Positions 33,924 to 43,889 of a DNA stretch of 64,000 nt are shown here, piece by piece. Made by a program: the position numbers and the translations under genes. Position 1 is the stretch's first letter. Every line of letters starts with the position of its first letter. The stretch is from Candidatus Omnitrophota bacterium (GTDB lineage: Bacteria > Omnitrophota > Gorgyraeia > Zapsychrales > JANLHA01). The stretch is taken from positions 254,331 through 318,330 of the forward strand of contig JACKFJ010000002.1 of the NCBI GenBank assembly GCA_020632535.1, in the 5' to 3' direction. The notes under the pieces were generated by a model. The model did not search any database and was not told where the DNA came from. It worked only from the letters and a program-made list of their open reading frames with translations.

Positions 33924-35699
33924 ATGGGTGAGAATTTGAGAAAAGATATGAGCACTCTGTTTAACACGCAGGATATGTATCGTAAGCTTGTTGAAAATTT
34001 GCATGTTGGAATATATGTTGCCGATGCCAAGGGAAATCTGGTGTACGTAAATCAGGGTTTTGTGAATATTCTTGGGTATGCCAGTAAAGACGAAGTTATC
34101 GGTCTTAATTTGGCCGATAACTTATATGTAAATCCTGAAGAACGCAAAGAGCTCCTTAAGAAGATGGAAAAAATCAGTTTTGTGCGAGATTACGAAGTAA
34201 AAAATAGGCGAAAAGACGGCAGTGTCGTAATTTTATCAGTAACAAGTAATATTATCTATGGTGAAAATAGTGAAATTGTCGGCGTCGAAGGGGTTGTCCA
34301 CGACATTACCGAACATAAGGAGCTGGAAGATAGCAAAATGACTTTACAGATGGTCGTTGAACAAACTCACGATAATGTTTCGATCACGGATAAGAATGGC
34401 GTTATTCATTATGTGAATTCAGCTTTTGAAAAAACGACCGGGTATTTGAAAGAAGAAATTATTGGGAGAAGTCATCGAGTGCTTAAGTCAGAAAAACATG
34501 ACGCCGAATATTATAAAAACTTGTGGGCAACAATTCTTAATGGAAAGAATATTTGTACAATAACGACGAATAAAAAGAAAAATGGTGAATTGTATATAGC
34601 CGACCAAACAATTTCACCAATTAAAGATCAGTCTGGAGAAATTATTCATTTTGTAAGCATTTGGAAAGATATTACTGAAAAAGTTAGACTCGATGAATGC
34701 TTAAGGATGGAAAAACAAAAACTTGAGGAAATTGTTGGTTTTGATGAAAAGGTCAGCGCGATTAGAAAATCAGAAAAGTTAATGGATTTTGTAGTTGCGA
34801 AGACTATGAAAATTTTGGAAGCCAAAAAATGTTCAATAATGCTTTTTGATAAAGAAACTGATGAGCTTTGTGTCAAGGCCAGTGTGGGTTTTGACGAAAA
34901 TCCTGAGGTAATAAAAATCAAAATAAGTGATTCGGTGGCAGAAAAAGTGATATTAACCGGAGAGCCACTTTTGATTCAGGATATTAATGCTGAACCTTCT
35001 GCGCACTATTACAACAAATATTCTTATGTGGGACGATCATTTATGATCGTTCCAGTCAAAGTGGATGAAAATGTAATCGCGGTGATTAATGTTGCAAATA
35101 AATGTACGCAGTTAAATCAGGATGATGTTTTTAACGAAGTTGATCTTAAAATTCTTTGCGCTATTGCAAGAGAAGTTGCGGTTGCTTTTGAGAACATAAA
35201 TTTTTATAAGGAATTGCAGTATCTTACGATTACGGATCCATTAACTAATATGCACAATTTTCGTCATTTCGCTAAATCTCTCGATTATGAAATCAAAAGA
35301 ATTAAACGATATTCTGGGAATTTGGGTTTGATGATGATGGACATCGATGATTTTAAATCGTATAACGACCAGTTTGGCCATTTGGCTGGAGATCAGCTGC
35401 TAAAAGACATTGGTCGAATTATTCAAAACAATTTGCGTGATGTTGATATTTTGTGTCGATATGCCGGTGATGAATTTGTCATTATTCTTCCCGGAACAGA
35501 TAAATCCGGGTCGGATATTTTGGCCCAAAGGATCAGAATTGCAATCGAAAAAGCAAAATTTAAGAAGCCCGTGACGGTAAGTATCGGTGTTTCACAATAT
35601 CATAAGGAAATGAGTAGGCATGAAGTTACTTCCAAGGCCGACGGCGCTCTTTATCAGGCAAAAAAAGAAGGTAAGAACAGGGTGTGCGTTTTTGCTTGA
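33924..35699 (+). CDS. PAS-PAS-GAF-GGDEF diguanylate cyclase (AGDEF variant)
   Basis: Two PAS domains, a GAF region, DPLTNMHNFRHF, MMDIDDFKSYND, RYAGDEFVIILPG. Confidence 0.85.
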   Translation: MGENLRKDMSTLFNTQDMYRKLVENLHVGIYVADAKGNLVYVNQGFVNILGYASKDEVIGLNLADNLYVNPEERKELLKKMEKISFVRDYEVKNRRKDGSVVILSVTSNIIYGENSEIVGVEGVVHDITEHKELEDSKMTLQMVVEQTHDNVSITDKNGVIHYVNSAFEKTTGYLKEEIIGRSHRVLKSEKHDAEYYKNLWATILNGKNICTITTNKKKNGELYIADQTISPIKDQSGEIIHFVSIWKDITEKVRLDECLRMEKQKLEEIVGFDEKVSAIRKSEKLMDFVVAKTMKILEAKKCSIMLFDKETDELCVKASVGFDENPEVIKIKISDSVAEKVILTGEPLLIQDINAEPSAHYYNKYSYVGRSFMIVPVKVDENVIAVINVANKCTQLNQDDVFNEVDLKILCAIAREVAVAFENINFYKELQYLTITDPLTNMHNFRHFAKSLDYEIKRIKRYSGNLGLMMMDIDDFKSYNDQFGHLAGDQLLKDIGRIIQNNLRDVDILCRYAGDEFVIILPGTDKSGSDILAQRIRIAIEKAKFKKPVTVSIGVSQYHKEMSRHEVTSKADGALYQAKKEGKNRVCVFA

Positions 35700-35752
35700 A
35701 TAATTTTGATTGGAGCGTAAAGAAAAACACGTTTTTAAAGAGAAGGAGTCAT

Positions 35753-36466
35753 ATGGAATCCTCATCTAAAATTTATAATTACATTGCTTCGCAATGTCGT
35801 TTGTATCGCCAAGAGCAATTTAATCAGGGATTTGTAACTATTTCCCGTCAGGCCGGTGCCGGTGGAATTACAATAGGTGAAAAATTAGCTGTTTATTTGA
35901 ATAAAGAATTACCTGGTTTGTGTCAATGGACTGTTTTTGATAAAAATTTGGTTGATGCTGTTGTTGGGGAGCATCATCTTTCAAAGAAAATTCTCCCTTT
36001 TCTTAAGGAGAAAAAAGTTTCGGAAATAGAAGATATGTTGGAAAATTTATTAGGATTACACCCGCCCCAAGCAACACTTGTAAAACAGACGAATGAGACA
36101 ATTTTACGATTAGCGAGATTAGGCCGTGTAATCATTGTGGGGCGCGGAGCACCGGTTATTACAAAAGAAATTCAAGGAGGGGTTCATATTCGCCTGATTG
36201 GATCGCTTAAGAAACGCAAGGAACATATTAAGGAATATTTTAAGTTCACCGACAAGGAAGCGGCTTTTTTCATTGAAAATGAAGATCGAGGACGAGAACA
36301 GTATTTAAGAACATATTTTAAAAAAGATATTAATGATACACTGATTTATGATCTAATTATCAATACGGATATGGTTTCTTATTCTGCTGCGGCCGCGCTT
36401 ATTGGTAATTTGGTTATTGAGAAAATAAAGTCTCAAAAGAGTATTATTCAGAAGGCAGATAAATAA
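35753..36466 (+). CDS. cytidylate-kinase-like family protein
   Basis: VTISRQAGAGGITIGEKLA P-loop-like N-terminus and overall pattern of the Cytidylate_kin2 family. ATG at 35753 is preferred to the upstream alternative start. Confidence 0.55.
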   Translation: MESSSKIYNYIASQCRLYRQEQFNQGFVTISRQAGAGGITIGEKLAVYLNKELPGLCQWTVFDKNLVDAVVGEHHLSKKILPFLKEKKVSEIEDMLENLLGLHPPQATLVKQTNETILRLARLGRVIIVGRGAPVITKEIQGGVHIRLIGSLKKRKEHIKEYFKFTDKEAAFFIENEDRGREQYLRTYFKKDINDTLIYDLIINTDMVSYSAAAALIGNLVIEKIKSQKSIIQKADK

Positions 36467-36498
36467 ATTGATCCATTTATTGGAAAGGAGATCAAAAC

Positions 36499-37377
36499 AT
36501 GTTAAAGAAAAGCCGAAAACACAAAATAAGAATATTGTTTGCTTATGATGGCTCGAAATGTTCAGACGCTGCGCTGCAAGATCTCCAAAATACGGGTTTT
36601 CCGAGGGAGACGGAGATTTTGATTTTGAGCGTTGTAGACAGCGAGTTGTCCCCGAATGAACAAGTGAGTGCCGAGAGTCAGAAAAGGCAAATGATAAAGA
36701 TTGCAGAAGCTCAAGCATTGGTGCAGAAAGCGGAGAAAAGAATAAAAAAAGAATTTCCACGCTGGAAAATAAAAACTGAAATTGCTGTTGGTTCACCAGC
36801 ATCTATGATTGTTCAGAAAGCTGATGAGTGGAAAGTTGATTTAATCGTTTTGGGTTCTCATGGTCGGACAGCTTTTGGACGTATGCGCTGGGGAAGTGTT
36901 TCTCAAAGTGTTGCCACTCACGCGCATTGCTCAGTACGAATAAGTCGCCCCCGCTCTAAAAAAGGAATTTTAAAAATTCTTGTTGGCTTAGACGGATCGA
37001 GACATTCTAAAAAAACAGTTCAAAAGATTGTTTTGAGAACTTGGCCGTCTAAAACCGAAATACAGGCTTTGGCTGTCTTTGATCCTGCTTTATCTACTGG
37101 AGTTGTCATTGATCCCGGTGGAGAATATCGTTATCAATGGCTTACAAAAATTGTGAAGTCGGCGGAAAAAGAGTTTATTGCAGCTGGATTACAGGCTACC
37201 GGAGTAGTAAGAGGTGGGGATCCTCGACAGGTTATTGTGCATAAGGCGAAGAAATGGGGAGTTGATTGTATCTTTGTTGGCGCTAAAGGGCATAGTCAAA
37301 TTGAACGAATTTTGTTTGGAAGTGTTTCGTCGGCGGTGGCCATGCGCGCCAATTGTTCTGTTGAAATCGTTCGTTGA
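36499..37377 (+). CDS. tandem universal stress protein
   Basis: Two Usp repeats, each ending in DLIVLGSHGR...GSVS...HA.CSV.I. Confidence 0.8.
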   Translation: MLKKSRKHKIRILFAYDGSKCSDAALQDLQNTGFPRETEILILSVVDSELSPNEQVSAESQKRQMIKIAEAQALVQKAEKRIKKEFPRWKIKTEIAVGSPASMIVQKADEWKVDLIVLGSHGRTAFGRMRWGSVSQSVATHAHCSVRISRPRSKKGILKILVGLDGSRHSKKTVQKIVLRTWPSKTEIQALAVFDPALSTGVVIDPGGEYRYQWLTKIVKSAEKEFIAAGLQATGVVRGGDPRQVIVHKAKKWGVDCIFVGAKGHSQIERILFGSVSSAVAMRANCSVEIVR

Positions 37378-37446
37378 GAAGGAGAAATTTTATATACTTA
37401 AAAATATAAAGTTTTATAAAGGATTAAGAACGTTTATGAGGGTGCG

Positions 37447-38121
37447 ATGAATATACGAAAATTCATGGTCGTCTTTATTTTATTCTTTTCGGCAGGGTAC
37501 GTTTATGCTGGTGATGATTTTCAGAGCTGGAATCAATTGTCTTTGAAGGTTTATCAGATGGACAAGATTGATTTTATTATTTTTACCGACACACGATTAA
37601 CTCATGATGCTCAGAAGTTAGGGATGTATTTTATTAGCCCGAGGGTGGTTTACCATCATACAAAGAACTTGGATTTTGCTCTCAATTATACTTATTTACA
37701 ATCGCGAAGGACATCCTCGTCGGCAATTGATGATTCTTATAATTGGCAGCATCGCGCGGAAATTGAGGTTAATCCCCAATGGCAATTGGCGGACTGGTTA
37801 AAGTTAAAGATGCGCAATCGGGTAGAGTTTAGATGGATTGAAGGATTAGGGTCAGATAATACACGTTATCGTCAGAGGTGGGCATTAGAGTTTCCCATTA
37901 AAATAATAAAGCCTTTAAAGTCGTTATATGCTAGCAGTGAAGTCTTTTATGATTTCTCTAAAAGTCGTATAAATGAAAATCGGACTGTGCCGGTTGGTTT
38001 AAATTTTAAGATGAACGACAAAGTTGGTTTGAGTCTTTATTATATGATTCAGTCACAAAAAGGGACAAGGGATTGGGCTTCAAATCAGATTTTAGGAACA
38101 TTGGTATCAATAGATTTTTAA
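37447..38121 (+). CDS. putative outer-membrane beta-barrel protein (DUF2490-like)
   Basis: Signal peptide ...YVYA-GDD, alternating amphipathic strands, C-terminal ...LVSIDF (terminal Phe). Confidence 0.45.
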   Translation: MNIRKFMVVFILFFSAGYVYAGDDFQSWNQLSLKVYQMDKIDFIIFTDTRLTHDAQKLGMYFISPRVVYHHTKNLDFALNYTYLQSRRTSSSAIDDSYNWQHRAEIEVNPQWQLADWLKLKMRNRVEFRWIEGLGSDNTRYRQRWALEFPIKIIKPLKSLYASSEVFYDFSKSRINENRTVPVGLNFKMNDKVGLSLYYMIQSQKGTRDWASNQILGTLVSIDF

Positions 38122-38137
38122 TGAGAAGGGGTGAGTT

Positions 38138-39166
38138 ATGAAAGTCGCAGTTTTTAATGCTAAATCTTACGATAAGAAATTCCTTGATGAAGCTAATAAA
38201 GAGTTTGGTCATCATTTGGTTTATCTTGAACCACATTTGAATAAAGAGACGATGAAATTGGCTTATGATTTTCCATGCGTGTGTGTATTTGTTAATGATC
38301 AATTAAATAAAACAACAATGACCGCACTGTCTAAGCATGGGACAAAATTAATTGCTTTACGATGTGCGGGGTTTAACAATGTTGATTTAAATGTGGCTGC
38401 GGAGTTAAACATTCCGGTGGTACGCGTGCCGGTTTATTCTCCTCATGGGGTTGCGGAACACGCCGTAGCATTGATACTTTCTTTAAATCGAAAGATTTGC
38501 CGTGCTTCTTATCGCGTTCGTGAAGGTAATTTTTCTTTGGAGGGTCTCTTGGGATTTGAATTACATGGTCAAACGGTTGGTATTATCGGCACAGGGAAAA
38601 TAGGATGTGTTTTGGCGCAAATTATGAAAGGATTTAAAACCAAAGTCATTGCTTATGATCCTTATCCCAATGACCATTGTAAAGAAATGGGTGTTGAGTA
38701 TGTTTCTTTAGCAGAGCTTTTTGAAAGAAGCGACATAATTAGTTTACATGTTCCGCTAACTCCTGAAAATTATCATTTAATTAACGATGAATCTATTAAG
38801 CAAATGAAAAAAGGGGTTATGCTGATTAATACGAGCCGAGGAGGCCTTATTGATACGCGTGCTGTTATTAAAGGCTTAAAGTCAAGAAAGATTGGCTTTT
38901 TGGGGTTGGATGTTTATGAAGAGGAAGAGACATTCTTTTTTGAAGATTATTCAGACCAGCTTATCAATGATGATGTTTTTGCTCGTTTATTGACTTTTTC
39001 TAATGTTCTTATTACTGGCCATCAAGCCTTTTTTACTCATGAGGCTTTGCGCAAAATTGCCGAAACGACGTTAAGAAATATAACTGCTTTTGAAGAAGGG
39101 CGGATTATTCTTGAGAATTGTGTTAGTCTTGATATTGTTCGAAAAGTAGAATCAAAAGTTGGTTGA
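38138..39166 (+). CDS. ldhA: D-lactate dehydrogenase / D-2-hydroxyacid dehydrogenase
   Basis: MKVAVFNAKSYDKKFLDEANKEFGH aligns with the LdhA N-terminus. NAD site GIIGTGKIG; catalytic R/E/H context (NTSRGGLID, ITGHQAFFT). Confidence 0.88.
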   Translation: MKVAVFNAKSYDKKFLDEANKEFGHHLVYLEPHLNKETMKLAYDFPCVCVFVNDQLNKTTMTALSKHGTKLIALRCAGFNNVDLNVAAELNIPVVRVPVYSPHGVAEHAVALILSLNRKICRASYRVREGNFSLEGLLGFELHGQTVGIIGTGKIGCVLAQIMKGFKTKVIAYDPYPNDHCKEMGVEYVSLAELFERSDIISLHVPLTPENYHLINDESIKQMKKGVMLINTSRGGLIDTRAVIKGLKSRKIGFLGLDVYEEEETFFFEDYSDQLINDDVFARLLTFSNVLITGHQAFFTHEALRKIAETTLRNITAFEEGRIILENCVSLDIVRKVESKVG

Positions 39167-39218
39167 AGCGTTCTGGGATTTGGTGATCATAAAAGTTATT
39201 GGTTTAAGGTTAAGTTGA

Positions 39219-39260
39219 AAACCTTCTGCAAGGATATTTTTGCGGAGGGTTTTCTTCTTT
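39219..39260 (+). terminator. terminator after ldhA
   Basis: AACCTTCTGCA / TGCGGAGGGTT 11-bp stem (two G-U pairs) followed by TTCTTCTTT. Confidence 0.55.
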
Positions 39261-39279
39261 AAAACCAATAATTAAAGAA

Positions 39280-39308
39280 TTGACCTTTTATCGACTTAGC
39301 TATATCAT
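39280..39308 (+). promoter_or_regulatory. candidate nuoA-I promoter
   Basis: TTGACC (39280-39285), then TATCAT (39303-39308) at 17-nt spacing. Leaves a leader of about 115 nt containing hairpin CGCAG-TGAAT-CTGCG. Confidence 0.4.
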
Positions 39309-39424
39309 AGAGACTTCATTGGGCCTCGGGGCGACACTCCCGAACAACCTTTCTAATCGACATATATGTGTAGCGAATACTCGCAGTGAATCTGCGGGGA
39401 AAATTGTTTTTAGAGACATAAAAA

Positions 39425-39778
39425 ATGATTGAGTATATTGGGATAATTTTTGCTTTTTTGTTTGCTTTGGCATTTGCCGCGCTTTTGTTGGCGATTCCAA
39501 GAATTTTGAGTCCCAAGTTTCCAAGCGAAGCCAAGTCAAAGCCTTTTGAATGTGGAAAAGAGCCTTTTGCTTTGCCGGGCGGCAAAATGCCGGTACATTT
39601 TTATATTATTGCCATGCTTTTTATTATCTTTGACGTCGAGCTTGTCTTTCTTTTCCCATGGGCAGTTCTTTTTAGAGAATTAGGGCTTTTTGGTTTAATA
39701 GAGATGGCCGTTTTTATGGGTTTTGTTATATTAGGATTTTGTTACGCGTGGAAAAAAGGCGCTTTAGAATGGGAGTAA
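39425..39778 (+). CDS. nuoA: NADH-quinone oxidoreductase subunit A
   Basis: Three TM helices, FECG motif, DVELVFLFPWA. Confidence 0.9.
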   Translation: MIEYIGIIFAFLFALAFAALLLAIPRILSPKFPSEAKSKPFECGKEPFALPGGKMPVHFYIIAMLFIIFDVELVFLFPWAVLFRELGLFGLIEMAVFMGFVILGFCYAWKKGALEWE

Positions 39779-39782
39779 ATAT

Positions 39783-40343
39783 ATGTCGTTAAGTTCCCCC
39801 GCAGGTTTTTTTAGTACAAAATTAGGCGATGCTCTCGGATGGGCGCGTAAGTTTTCTATTTTTCAATACCCTTTTGTTACGGCTTGCTGTGGTATGGAAT
39901 ATATGTCAACCGCGGCTTCTCATTATGATGTCGATCGTTTTGGCGCTGGTTTTCCGCGCTTTTCTCCTCGGCAGTCGGATGTTCTGTTTGTCGTTGGCAC
40001 AATCAATCACAAGATGGCTCCGGTTTTAAAAACTGTTTTTGATCAAATGTGTGAACCCAAGTGGGTTGTCGCGTTTGGTGTTTGTACTTGTACCGGTGGT
40101 TTTTACGACAATTATGCGACGGTACAGGGGATTGATACGATTATTCCTGTTGATATTTATATTCCCGGTTGTCCTCCGCGTCCGGAAAATGTTTTGGATG
40201 GTTTGATGAAACTGCAGGATAAAATCCAAAAAGGCGAACAGAATCGAACACTTTATGACCCTCGGACAAAGGTTGGGCGTCCGGCGCAATTGCAGAGAGA
40301 TTATTCTATTACTCAACATATTAAGAATATCGAATCATTATGA
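39783..40343 (+). CDS. nuoB: NADH-quinone oxidoreductase subunit B
   Basis: ACCGMEYM, SPRQSDVLFVVGT, CPPRPE (N2 cluster ligands). Confidence 0.93.
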   Translation: MSLSSPAGFFSTKLGDALGWARKFSIFQYPFVTACCGMEYMSTAASHYDVDRFGAGFPRFSPRQSDVLFVVGTINHKMAPVLKTVFDQMCEPKWVVAFGVCTCTGGFYDNYATVQGIDTIIPVDIYIPGCPPRPENVLDGLMKLQDKIQKGEQNRTLYDPRTKVGRPAQLQRDYSITQHIKNIESL

Positions 40344-40834
40344 CCGCTTTAGAAAAAGTTCAAGAAAAGTTTACGCAAGACATTGTTGAAACTCACGTTT
40401 TTCGTGGGGATGAAACTGTTGTTGTTCGTCCGTCGGCTTTGCGCGCGGTGGCTCAGTTTTTACGCGAAACGCCGGAACTGGATTTCAACTTTCTTATGGA
40501 TCTTACGGCGGTCGATTATTTATTTTTCGCCGGGGGAAGAATTCAAAAAGAATTTCGTTTCGAAGTTGTTTATCACTTCTTTTCGCTAAAGAACAATATT
40601 CGTTTGCGTATCAAGGTCCCCGTTGATGAAAAAGACCCAGAAGTCGAAACACTCAGCGATCTTTGGGCTTCAGCGAATTGGTATGAAAGAGAAGTCTGGG
40701 ATATGTACGGCATTCGTTTTAAAAATCATCCGAATCTCAAGCGCATTTTGATGTACGAAGAGTTTAAAGGTCATGCTTTGCGCAAAGATTATCCTTTTAA
40801 TAAACGTCAACCTTTAATTGGACCATTGAATTGA
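40340..40834 (+). CDS. nuoC: NADH-quinone oxidoreductase subunit C
   Basis: ANWYEREVWDMYGIRFKNHPNLKRIL. Confidence 0.9.
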   Translation: MTALEKVQEKFTQDIVETHVFRGDETVVVRPSALRAVAQFLRETPELDFNFLMDLTAVDYLFFAGGRIQKEFRFEVVYHFFSLKNNIRLRIKVPVDEKDPEVETLSDLWASANWYEREVWDMYGIRFKNHPNLKRILMYEEFKGHALRKDYPFNKRQPLIGPLN

Positions 40835-42159
40835 TGTCAACACAAAGCCGCTCAATGTTATTAAACGTCGGCCCATCGCATCCAGCTATGCATGGTGTTA
40901 TTCGCCTGATTATGGAATTGGATGGTGAAAAAATTAAAGACGTTGATGTCGAAATCGGTTATCTTCATCGCGCATTTGAAAAAATGTGTGAGACGGTTAT
41001 GTATAATCAATGTTTCCCGTATACGGATCGTCTTAATTATGTTTCGCCGTTGATCAATAATGTCGGCTTTGCGATGACTGTTGAAAAATTGTTGGATATC
41101 AAAGTGCCGGAGCGCGCGCAATACATTCGCGTAATTATGAGCGAAATTTCTCGTGTTACTGATCATTTGACGTGTATTGGCGCGACCGCGATGGAAATGG
41201 GCGCGATGTCCGTTTTTCTTTATATGATTAAAGCTCGTGATTTTTTGTATGAGATCGTCGAGGAAATTACCGGCGCGCGGCTAACGATTTCGTATGTGCG
41301 TATTGGTGGAGTGAAAGCAGATTTGACGCCGAATTTTGCGGACACATGTTTTAAAAAAATTGCCGACGTTCGTAAAGTTTTGATTGAGGCTGATAATCTT
41401 TTGACTCGCAATCGAATATTTTTTGATCGCATGAAAGATATTGGCACGATTTCCGCCGCGGACGCAATATCGTATGGAATTACTGGACCATTTTTGCGCT
41501 CAACAGGGGTCGCGTACGATGTTCGCAAGGCCAATCCTTATTTGGTTTACGATAAATTTGATTTCGAGATTCCCGTCGGGACAAAAGGTGACAATTTGGA
41601 TCGTTATTTTGTTCGTATGGCGGAAACCGAGCAAAGTTTACGCATTATTGAACAATGTTTTCAAATGATTCCTGACGGGCCTGTTAATGGCGAGCTAACT
41701 GGTGAGGTGATGACAGCCGCGGATATGGTTGATCATGCCAAGATGGGTAAAACAGAAAGTCTTAAAGAATTTCAGGTTGATCTTGACCCAACATTACAAG
41801 GTTCGACAAAGAAATATTATGATGGGATTAGCGCGGACCAAAAGGCTGTCGTTTTGCCGGCAAAGGAAGAAACATACGGCAATATTGAAGGATTGATGAA
41901 TCATTTTAAGCTTGTTATGTATGGACACGGAATCAAGCCGCCAATTGGCGAAGTGTATTTTCCTGTCGAAGGTGCTAATGGGGAACTTGGATTTTATATT
42001 GTCAGCGATGGCCGTGATCAACCATGGCGCGTTCGCGTACATCCGCCTTGCTTTCCAATTATGGCGGCGCTGCCAAAACTTTTAATTGGTGACATGATGG
42101 CTGATGTTATTCCAACATTTGGGTCTGTAAATATGATTGCTGGAGAATTGGATCGATGA
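40834..42159 (+). CDS. nuoD: NADH-quinone oxidoreductase subunit D (with an insertion of about 35-40 aa)
   Basis: LNVGPSHPAMHGVIRL, GYLHRAFEK, C-terminal SVNMIAGELDR. Extra segment around GELTGEVMTAADMVDHAKMGKTESLKEF. TGATG overlap with nuoC. Confidence 0.9.
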   Translation: MSTQSRSMLLNVGPSHPAMHGVIRLIMELDGEKIKDVDVEIGYLHRAFEKMCETVMYNQCFPYTDRLNYVSPLINNVGFAMTVEKLLDIKVPERAQYIRVIMSEISRVTDHLTCIGATAMEMGAMSVFLYMIKARDFLYEIVEEITGARLTISYVRIGGVKADLTPNFADTCFKKIADVRKVLIEADNLLTRNRIFFDRMKDIGTISAADAISYGITGPFLRSTGVAYDVRKANPYLVYDKFDFEIPVGTKGDNLDRYFVRMAETEQSLRIIEQCFQMIPDGPVNGELTGEVMTAADMVDHAKMGKTESLKEFQVDLDPTLQGSTKKYYDGISADQKAVVLPAKEETYGNIEGLMNHFKLVMYGHGIKPPIGEVYFPVEGANGELGFYIVSDGRDQPWRVRVHPPCFPIMAALPKLLIGDMMADVIPTFGSVNMIAGELDR

Positions 42160-42620
42160 TTGAAGCAAATTTAAAATCTGAACTGGATAAAATAGTCGCG
42201 CGCTATGAACACAAGCGTGCCGCGCTTTTGCCTGTTCTGCATGCTGTTCAGGAGCAAAGAGGATTTATTTCTTCAGCGACGGAACAGGAGGTTGCTGATT
42301 TTCTTGAGATTCCCATCGTATCTGTGCACGAAGTTGTTTCCTTTTATCATTTGTTTCATCAGGAGCCAAAGGGAAAGTGCCATTTTTCGGTTTGTCAAAC
42401 AACAGCATGTGCCTTACGAGGCAGTGAAAAGATTATTGAGCATATCAAAAATCGATTGGGCATTAAGGTTGGTGAAACAACTTCTGACGGAAAGTTTAGC
42501 TTGAGTGTTGTTGAGTGTTTGGGTGCTTGCGAAATCGCGCCGATTATGCAATTGAATAAAGACTATAGAGGTTGTTTAACCATTGAACAAATTGATCAGT
42601 TGATCGCGCAGAATAAGTAA
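42156..42620 (+). CDS. nuoE: NADH-quinone oxidoreductase subunit E
   Basis: RAALLPVLHAVQEQRGFIS; 2Fe-2S Cys C-x4-C...C-x3-C (VCQTTAC...CLGAC). Confidence 0.9.
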   Translation: MIEANLKSELDKIVARYEHKRAALLPVLHAVQEQRGFISSATEQEVADFLEIPIVSVHEVVSFYHLFHQEPKGKCHFSVCQTTACALRGSEKIIEHIKNRLGIKVGETTSDGKFSLSVVECLGACEIAPIMQLNKDYRGCLTIEQIDQLIAQNK

Positions 42621-42621
42621 T

Positions 42622-43878
42622 ATGGAAAAAATTCTTAGTCGCCGCTTCGGTCAGGAAAATTCACATCGCCTCGAAAATTATCTTAAAGATAGTGGTTATG
42701 AGGGCGCGCGCAAGGCTTTGACACAAATGACGCCGGCCGCAGTTATTGATGAGGTTAAAAAGGCTAATCTTCGCGGTTTGGGTGGGGCAGGTTTTCCGAC
42801 GGGAATGAAATGGAGTTTTATTAATCCAGCGAATCCAAAACCGAGGTATTTGGTTATTAACGGGGATGAGGGTGAGCCGGGAACATTTAAGGACAAATAT
42901 ATTTTTGAGCAGGATCCGCACGCGTTTCTCGAAGGTGTAATTATTACATGCTTTGCGATTGGAAGTCATAAGGCGTATGTTTATATTCGCGGCGAATATT
43001 TAAAATCCATCGCTCGTTTACAAAACGCGATTAACGAAGCTTATCAGAATGGATTTTTAGGCAAAGGTATTCTGGGAACCGCTTTTGATCTTGAAGTTGT
43101 CGTTCATCAGGGTGCGGGTGCCTATATTTGCGGTGAAGAAACCGCGTTGCTTGAGTCGCTCGAGGGAAAAAAAGGTTTTCCACGGTTAAAACCACCATTT
43201 CCAGCAGTTATCGGCTTATTTGGTTGTCCAACGGTGATTAACAATGTTGAAACCGTTGCATGTGTTGGGCCAATTATTTATAAAGGGGCTGAATGGTTTG
43301 CAAAATTAGGATGCGAGAAAAATGGCGGTAATCGTCTTTTTTGTATCAGCGGTCATGTGAATAAGCCCGGTGTTTATGAATTGCCCAATGGCACAACATT
43401 ACGCGAAATGATTTATGAACATGCTGGTGGTATTCTCAATGGCCGTGCATTAAAAGCTGTTATTCCCGGTGGGATATCAGCACCGATTTTAACACCTGAT
43501 CAGATTGACGTGAAAATGGATTTTGATTCTTTGAAGGCAATTGGTTCAATGGCTGGTTCGGGTGGGGTAATTGTTATGGATGATTCGACTGATATGGTTT
43601 GGGCGGCGATGATTGCGGCACGATTTTTTGCTCATGAGTCGTGTGGTCAATGTTCCCCGTGCCGTGAAGGTTCGGGATGGGTTTATCGCAATGTGAAAAG
43701 AATTTTTGATGGAGAAGGGCGTCCGCATGATTTATTAAATCTCCCCGGTATTATTAATAATATTGGTGGGAATACGATTTGTGCTTTTGGGGATGCGATT
43801 ACAATGTCCGTTGGTAGCTATGTTACAAAATTTCGCAGTGAATTTGAGAGTAAGATTAAACGACCGAATCCAATCTAG
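42622..43878 (+). CDS. nuoF: NADH-quinone oxidoreductase subunit F
   Basis: GLGGAGFPTGMKW, GAGAYICGEETALLESLEG, ESCGQCSPCREG. Confidence 0.94.
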   Translation: MEKILSRRFGQENSHRLENYLKDSGYEGARKALTQMTPAAVIDEVKKANLRGLGGAGFPTGMKWSFINPANPKPRYLVINGDEGEPGTFKDKYIFEQDPHAFLEGVIITCFAIGSHKAYVYIRGEYLKSIARLQNAINEAYQNGFLGKGILGTAFDLEVVVHQGAGAYICGEETALLESLEGKKGFPRLKPPFPAVIGLFGCPTVINNVETVACVGPIIYKGAEWFAKLGCEKNGGNRLFCISGHVNKPGVYELPNGTTLREMIYEHAGGILNGRALKAVIPGGISAPILTPDQIDVKMDFDSLKAIGSMAGSGGVIVMDDSTDMVWAAMIAARFFAHESCGQCSPCREGSGWVYRNVKRIFDGEGRPHDLLNLPGIINNIGGNTICAFGDAITMSVGSYVTKFRSEFESKIKRPNPI

Positions 43879-43889
43879 AGACAGGTTAT

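Noticed and set aside
36353-36802. 149-aa minus-strand ORF spanning two genes and their intergenic gap
   Set aside because: It overlaps the well-supported cytidylate-kinase-like and USP genes on the opposite strand and has no motif or RBS.
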